Shown here piece by piece: positions 53,369-64,000 of a stretch of 64,000 nucleotides of DNA. The translations under genes and the position numbers were made by a program. A model generated the notes under the pieces. That model was given only the letters and a program-made list of their open reading frames with translations, did not search any database and was not told the DNA's origin. The first letter of the stretch is position 1; every line of letters begins with the position of its first letter. This DNA is from the human T2T-CHM13v2.0 reference genome, Homo sapiens: the NCBI RefSeq assembly GCF_009914755.1, contig NC_060927.1, one strand, 5' to 3'.

Positions 53369-54049
53369 GAAGTATCACATTTTCCAGTGACTTATGTCCT
53401 CACCCAACTTCTTGCCATTTATATGCCACAGATAAATATGAATTTCATGACACTCTGATCTAATGTACTTTATAAGTTAGTAATGAAATGGATAATCCAA
53501 TTATTCTTTTAAAATTGCCCTTACAGAGTATCTTTTTACTTACAAAGGATGTTCATTGCATTTATTCATTTGCTGCTCACAAAAATCTTGTAAGAGGAAT
53601 TTGTTAATATTGTCCATTTATGACAGCCAAGGAACTGCAATCCAGAGACTGTAAGGAGCTTGCCCCCAGCTCCCTTCTCAAGGGCTAAATAGCACAGCCA
53701 AAGCCTGAGACAGGCCTTCCAAATCAAAGAATGGCCCTTTTCCACTACAGCATGATGGCTTCAAGATGCACTAGGAACCTCTACTAACATCAACTTGCCT
53801 TTCTCATCACGTTTTATTAGTCACATGATTATATTCCTTGAACTGACACAAACTAGTGGCAAGGGTCAATAGTACAAAAGCATTCTAAATAAGGGTAAAA
53901 CAGTATATTATTCTTTAAACTGCATTGTAAAACTCAAACCTGCAGGCAAACATTTATTCACCATCTATTTATATGCTAAGCCCTAGAAATAAACTAAGGA
54001 CTAGCACATAGAGGAGGAGACAGATACCTAAGCAGCTAAATAGAGTAAT

Positions 54050-55560
54050 GAACTAAGATCCATCTTCTCCTCACTTCAATACCCTAAAGGTGCTTTTACC
54101 ATGGTCACAGTGAACTCCAGAGTCAAATCCAGTGGTCACATATGTGCCTTCATCTTACTGGAACTCAAAGTAGCATGACACAGTTCATTTCCTTCTTGAA
54201 ACATTCCTCCTACTATCATCTATACTCCTTCTTCCCTCCCCACCTCTCCTCCTCTATCAGACCTCTAAACTCTACAATGTCCAAGGACGCACCCTTAGCC
54301 CTCTTTTATTCTCTGACTCTAGGTTATTCTACCCAGACCTATAGCTTTCAAATACCATGAGTAAGTTGGTGACTCCCCAAATCATCAATCTCCATCTTTG
54401 ACCTTCAGAACCACATATCCAGCTTCCTCCTGGTCATCCATACTTTCACGTCTTAAGAGGCATATCCAACTTAAAACAACTTTTGATTCCTCCTCCATAG
54501 AACTTTCTCATCACCACCATCACCACCACCACTAGTCATCCACAGTAGGTAAATGGCACCACCATCCACAAAATTACCCAAGAAAAGCCAAGGGGTCCTT
54601 TTCCTGATTCCATCCTTCCCTAAGCCCAACACATTCAACCCATCAGCAAGTCTTGTCATTCAAAATACATCCCACATCACTCCACTTCTCTCCATGGATA
54701 CTACAAATACCACAGTAATCCAAGGTACCAACATTTTTCATTTGCAGTAGGTAACAGTGGTCATTTGCAGTAGGTAACAACTCCTAATTGGTCTCTGCTG
54801 TTAATCTTGTCCTCCTAGAATTCTCCTCATTATAAACCCAAGTAATAATTCTTGACATGAATCAGTTCCATGTCACTCCCTCACATAAAACTCTTCCAAT
54901 GGCTTTCTGCTATACTTAAAATTGACAAATCTTACCTATAAGGCCCTACACGATCTGGCCCTGTCTAACTGACAAATCTCACCTATAAGGCCCTACATGT
55001 TCTGGCCCCATCTAATTGACAAATCTTACCTATAAGGCCCTACATGATCTGGCCCCGTCTATCTCTTGGGCCTTATGTCAGACAGCACTCCTTCCTTTCC
55101 CCTGCTCATTATGCTCCTGGCTCACTAGGCTGCATGTGCTCCTTAAACATGCCAAGCTCAGGCTAGCTCCAAGGCCTTTGTACTTAACTGTTCCTTTTGC
55201 CTAGAATGTACCTCTTGCAGATCTCTGTATGGATTGCTCCTTCTAATCTTTCAAGTCTCAACTCAAACTGGACCTCACTCACTCTCAAGTGTCACAACCA
55301 CTCCCCCTCTCCACACCACACACACTCCATCATATTACCACACTGGCCGGTTTTATTTTATCTTAGTATCACTAATCACTATCTAAAATAATATAGTTTG
55401 TTGACTTGTTTTTTTTTCTCTTTCCTCCGCTCTGTAATGTAGACTTCTTGAAAATGAGGACCTCATCTGTCTTGTTTACTGTTCTAATCCCAATGCCTAG
55501 AATAGTTTCCAGAATATAGCAAGCAAGCAATAAATAACTGTTGGATAAATGAACCAAGTA
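54050..55560 (-). mobile_element. L2 LINE remnant
   Basis: L2 motifs (TCAAATCCAGTGGTCAC; CATGTCACTCCCTCACATAAAACTCTTCCAATGGCT; 3' end AATAAATAACTGTTGGATAAATGAA); strand tentative, opposite to the adjacent L2 piece at ~55560-56500. Confidence 0.65.
54922..55061. repeat. 47-bp minisatellite, 3 copies
   Basis: (T/C)TGACAAATCT(T/C)ACCTATAAGGCCCTACA.G.TCTGGCCC..TCTA starting at 54922, 54969 and 55016. Confidence 0.95.
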
Positions 55561-56542
55561 TTATAATGAAGATAATAAACTGCTAGGAGAACACAGAGAA
55601 GGAATTTCTTACTCCTGCCTGAATGTATCACGGAAGACTTCCCTGAAAAGGGGGCAACTGACTCATCTTTTTAAATGAGCAAATGTTTACAGGGGAGGTA
55701 AGCAATACGGAAAAAGAAAACTGTGCACCAAGAAAATAGCATGAGCAAAAGCCCAGCCTTCTGTGTTGAGGGGCTACAAGGAGAGATAACGGTCTTCTAG
55801 ATCCTTTGGAGGAGAGGCAAAAATTGAAATACACAGGGGGCTCATTCTTAATGCCTTTGCCCATGATAAAGAACTTGGACTTCAGAGGCAGCAGGGAGCC
55901 TCTGAGGAACTTTAAGCAAAGCAGTGCATGACTTGATTGTATTTGATAAAGATGAGCATCAGGGTAGCAGACCAAAGCTGGAAGCTGGGAAGATACACAG
56001 AGGAGAGTCAAGGACAAAATCCTAGACACTACAACATAGAGTCTAGTAGAGAATGAAGATCCAGAAAATGAGATTGACAAGGTCTAGCCAAAAAGTAAGA
56101 TAAAAATCAGATAGTATGTTATCATAGAAGCCCACAACCAAACTGGAGTTCAAGAGTGTGGTCAGGATGAAGACAGACTCTCAGGAATGATCTGAATGTG
56201 GATGGTATTTAAAGCTATGGAGCCAAAAACTATCACCTAGACAGAGTGGAGACAGATAACAGCTTGCAAAATGGGCCTCAAGCAAGATAATGGCTAGATA
56301 AAGGAGAAAGACGCAGGAACTATGAAGAAGGTAAGAACAAGTAATAGCATATTGGATAAGAGGGTAGAAGGGAGGTGAACCGCAGGGTAGATGGAAATAT
56401 TTATGAAAAATTTTTAAAGGTGTGGGGAGGAAAAAAGGCTTTGGGGAAGAAGATAGAGTCAACAATCTCAATCTCAATATGAGATTGAGACAACCGAAAG
56501 ACATCTTAATGAATCCAAGAGACAGTGCAATGTGTGGCTTAG

Positions 56543-57516
56543 TGACAGCAACTGGAGACAGACAAATTCCTAGGCAGACAGGGATGGGTCCCTGTGAAAC
56601 CCAACCTCATGCCAAAGACAGTTTAAAGACTGAAAACTGAGCTGCCAGTTGCAGGTGGAGTCCACAACGAGAGTGAGAACTTCCTCGATGCCTTTTAGGC
56701 AATCAAATGGTGCTTTTTCCAAGCCGACCCGTGAACCAATCAGCACGCACTCCCCCATTCTGAGCCCATAAAAATCCCAGACTCAACCCCACAGATGGCA
56801 AACCTCTTTTGGGTCCCCTCTCACACACAGGGCTAATCACTCTTGGGCCCCCTCTCTGCTGAGAGCTTTCCTTCTATTGCTCAATGAAATTCTTCTCCAC
56901 CCTATTCACTCTCCAGTGTCCATGTACCTTATTCCTCTTATTCCTCTTGGTCGCAGGAGAAGAACCCAGAATAGGCCAACCTGTAACACACACCCATTCA
57001 CTGAGCTGCGGGTGGTGGGACCGACTGAGCTGTAACATGCCCCTGTTCGCCAAGCTGCAGGTGGCAGGAACAATACAAAGCTGCAACATTTCTTGGGAGG
57101 TCAAATCTTGGGACTCCCCGGATGAGAGCTGTAACACCCCTTGGGACTCTGCCATTACTGACATCTCTGAGTTTTCGGGCACCACCCACATTCCCCTCAT
57201 CTAGACAACGACACCCAATGCAGAAGCTGCTGGCAACACACCCAGTGGAGCCATGGGCTGAGTGCAGATCCCTCAGCGGGCGCAGGATCCAGGCCAAGGC
57301 ACAAGCCGAGCACAGCCTGCCAGGCTGAGTGGGCGGAGTGAGCTCGGTGGAATGAGGCCCCAGGCAGAGGACACAGCACCCACAGAGATTTCCGGCTGGT
57401 GAAGCAGCACCAAAGGAATCCTTACACTGCAACCCTCCCTCCTGCTCACTGAGCAACGGGGAAAAAAAGCCAGTGTGCCATTTCCTCCCGCTTGCTGAAC
57501 TACAAAAGCTGCAACA
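56543..57516 (+). mobile_element. Solo ERV1 LTR (LTR27/LTR28/MER52 group)
   Basis: TG...CA termini, TSD TTAG at 56539-56542 and 57517-57520, CCAAT boxes, repeated GCTGTAACA. Confidence 0.8.
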
Positions 57517-58098
57517 TTAGCACTAAGGAAGTCAAGGCTAAGAAGGTTTAGAAGTCTTCTAAAAACAGGTGAGAATTTGAATCTACAACTCTGGCGGAAG
57601 ATAACAGGGTTAAATAGTTACTGACTACCCTCTATGTTCTGGCAACCATTCTAAGAAAAGGAGATAAAACAGTGAACAAAGGCAAAGTCTCTGCCCTCAA
57701 GAAGCTTTTCTAGGGGACATAAACAGAATATATACATGTACATATATATATGTACACACACACAACCAAAGAAAAAAGAGTTACTGACAACTGCTCTGCA
57801 AAAAATAAAACAGGATGATATAATAGATAATGGACAGGGAGAGAGTGGGGTGGGCCGACAAGGCTTTTCTGGGGAGATACATGTCAGCTAAAAGCTGAAG
57901 CATGAGATGGCTCCAGCCATGCAATGTAGAGAAAGGGGGAAGAGCTGGGCATCAAGAGACCCACTTGCTGTGTTAAGTCTGAGATCCCTTTCAGATGTCC
58001 AAAGAGAGACCAACCTGGAGTTTACGAACGAGGTCAGGTTAGAGATAGAATCTGAGGAGTTATCAGTATGTAGGTGGAATTTAAAACCATGGAACTAG

Positions 58099-58394
58099 GG
58101 CCAGGCACAGTGGCTCATGCCTATAATCCCAGCACTTTGGGAGGCTGAGGCAGAAGGATCACTTGAGTCTAAGACTTTGAGACCAAACTGGGCAAAATGA
58201 CAAAACCCCATCTCTAAAAAAAGAAAAATGAGGCAGGCATGGTGGTGCAAACCTATGGTCCCAGCTGCTGGGAGCACTGAGATGGAAGGATCAGTTAAAC
58301 CCAGAAGGTTGAGGTTGCAGTGAGCCATGACTGCAATGCTACACTCCAGCTGGGTGACAGAGCGAGACCCTGTCTCAAAAAATAAAATAAAATA
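58099..58394 (+). mobile_element. AluJ-like, tail abutting the L1 5' end
   Basis: Diverged Alu dimer with (AAAAT)n tail. Confidence 0.88.

Positions 58395-64000
<5,606 letters not shown>

Overview
Repeat-rich hominoid (human or great ape) genomic DNA; the SVA element restricts it to apes. The only host gene is the 3' half of ZMAT3 (WIG-1/PAG608, a p53-induced matrin-type zinc-finger RNA-binding protein) on the minus strand. Four coding exons (50729-50848, 47495-47661, 47272-47372, 44865-45076) splice in frame with GT-AG junctions and encode residues ~91-289. They are followed by a ~7.8 kb 3'UTR with several AATAAA signals. Bases 1-34.5 kb, downstream of the gene, are almost all transposable elements: a twin-primed inverted L1PA, solo LTRs, a THE1-type MaLR, and a ~15.7 kb ERV1-class provirus with two LTRs, a 4-bp TSD, a Ser-tRNA PBS and a PPT. 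That provirus carries an embedded CCA-ended tRNA-Glu copy and hosts nested Alu, MER50, MER4 and full-length L1 insertions. The upstream intron holds an Alu+SVA composite, L2 pieces and a near full-length L1PA whose antisense promoter points into ZMAT3 exon 3. Nearly all other ORFs in the track derive from repeats. I see no convincing wholly new biological system. The best leads are a PTC-creating tandem donor/short intron in ZMAT3, a possible L1 antisense-promoter chimera, a 3'UTR tandem duplication, the captured tRNA in the ERV, and an SVA with a short putative 3' transduction. Repeat family names come from recalled consensus sequences, not database searches.
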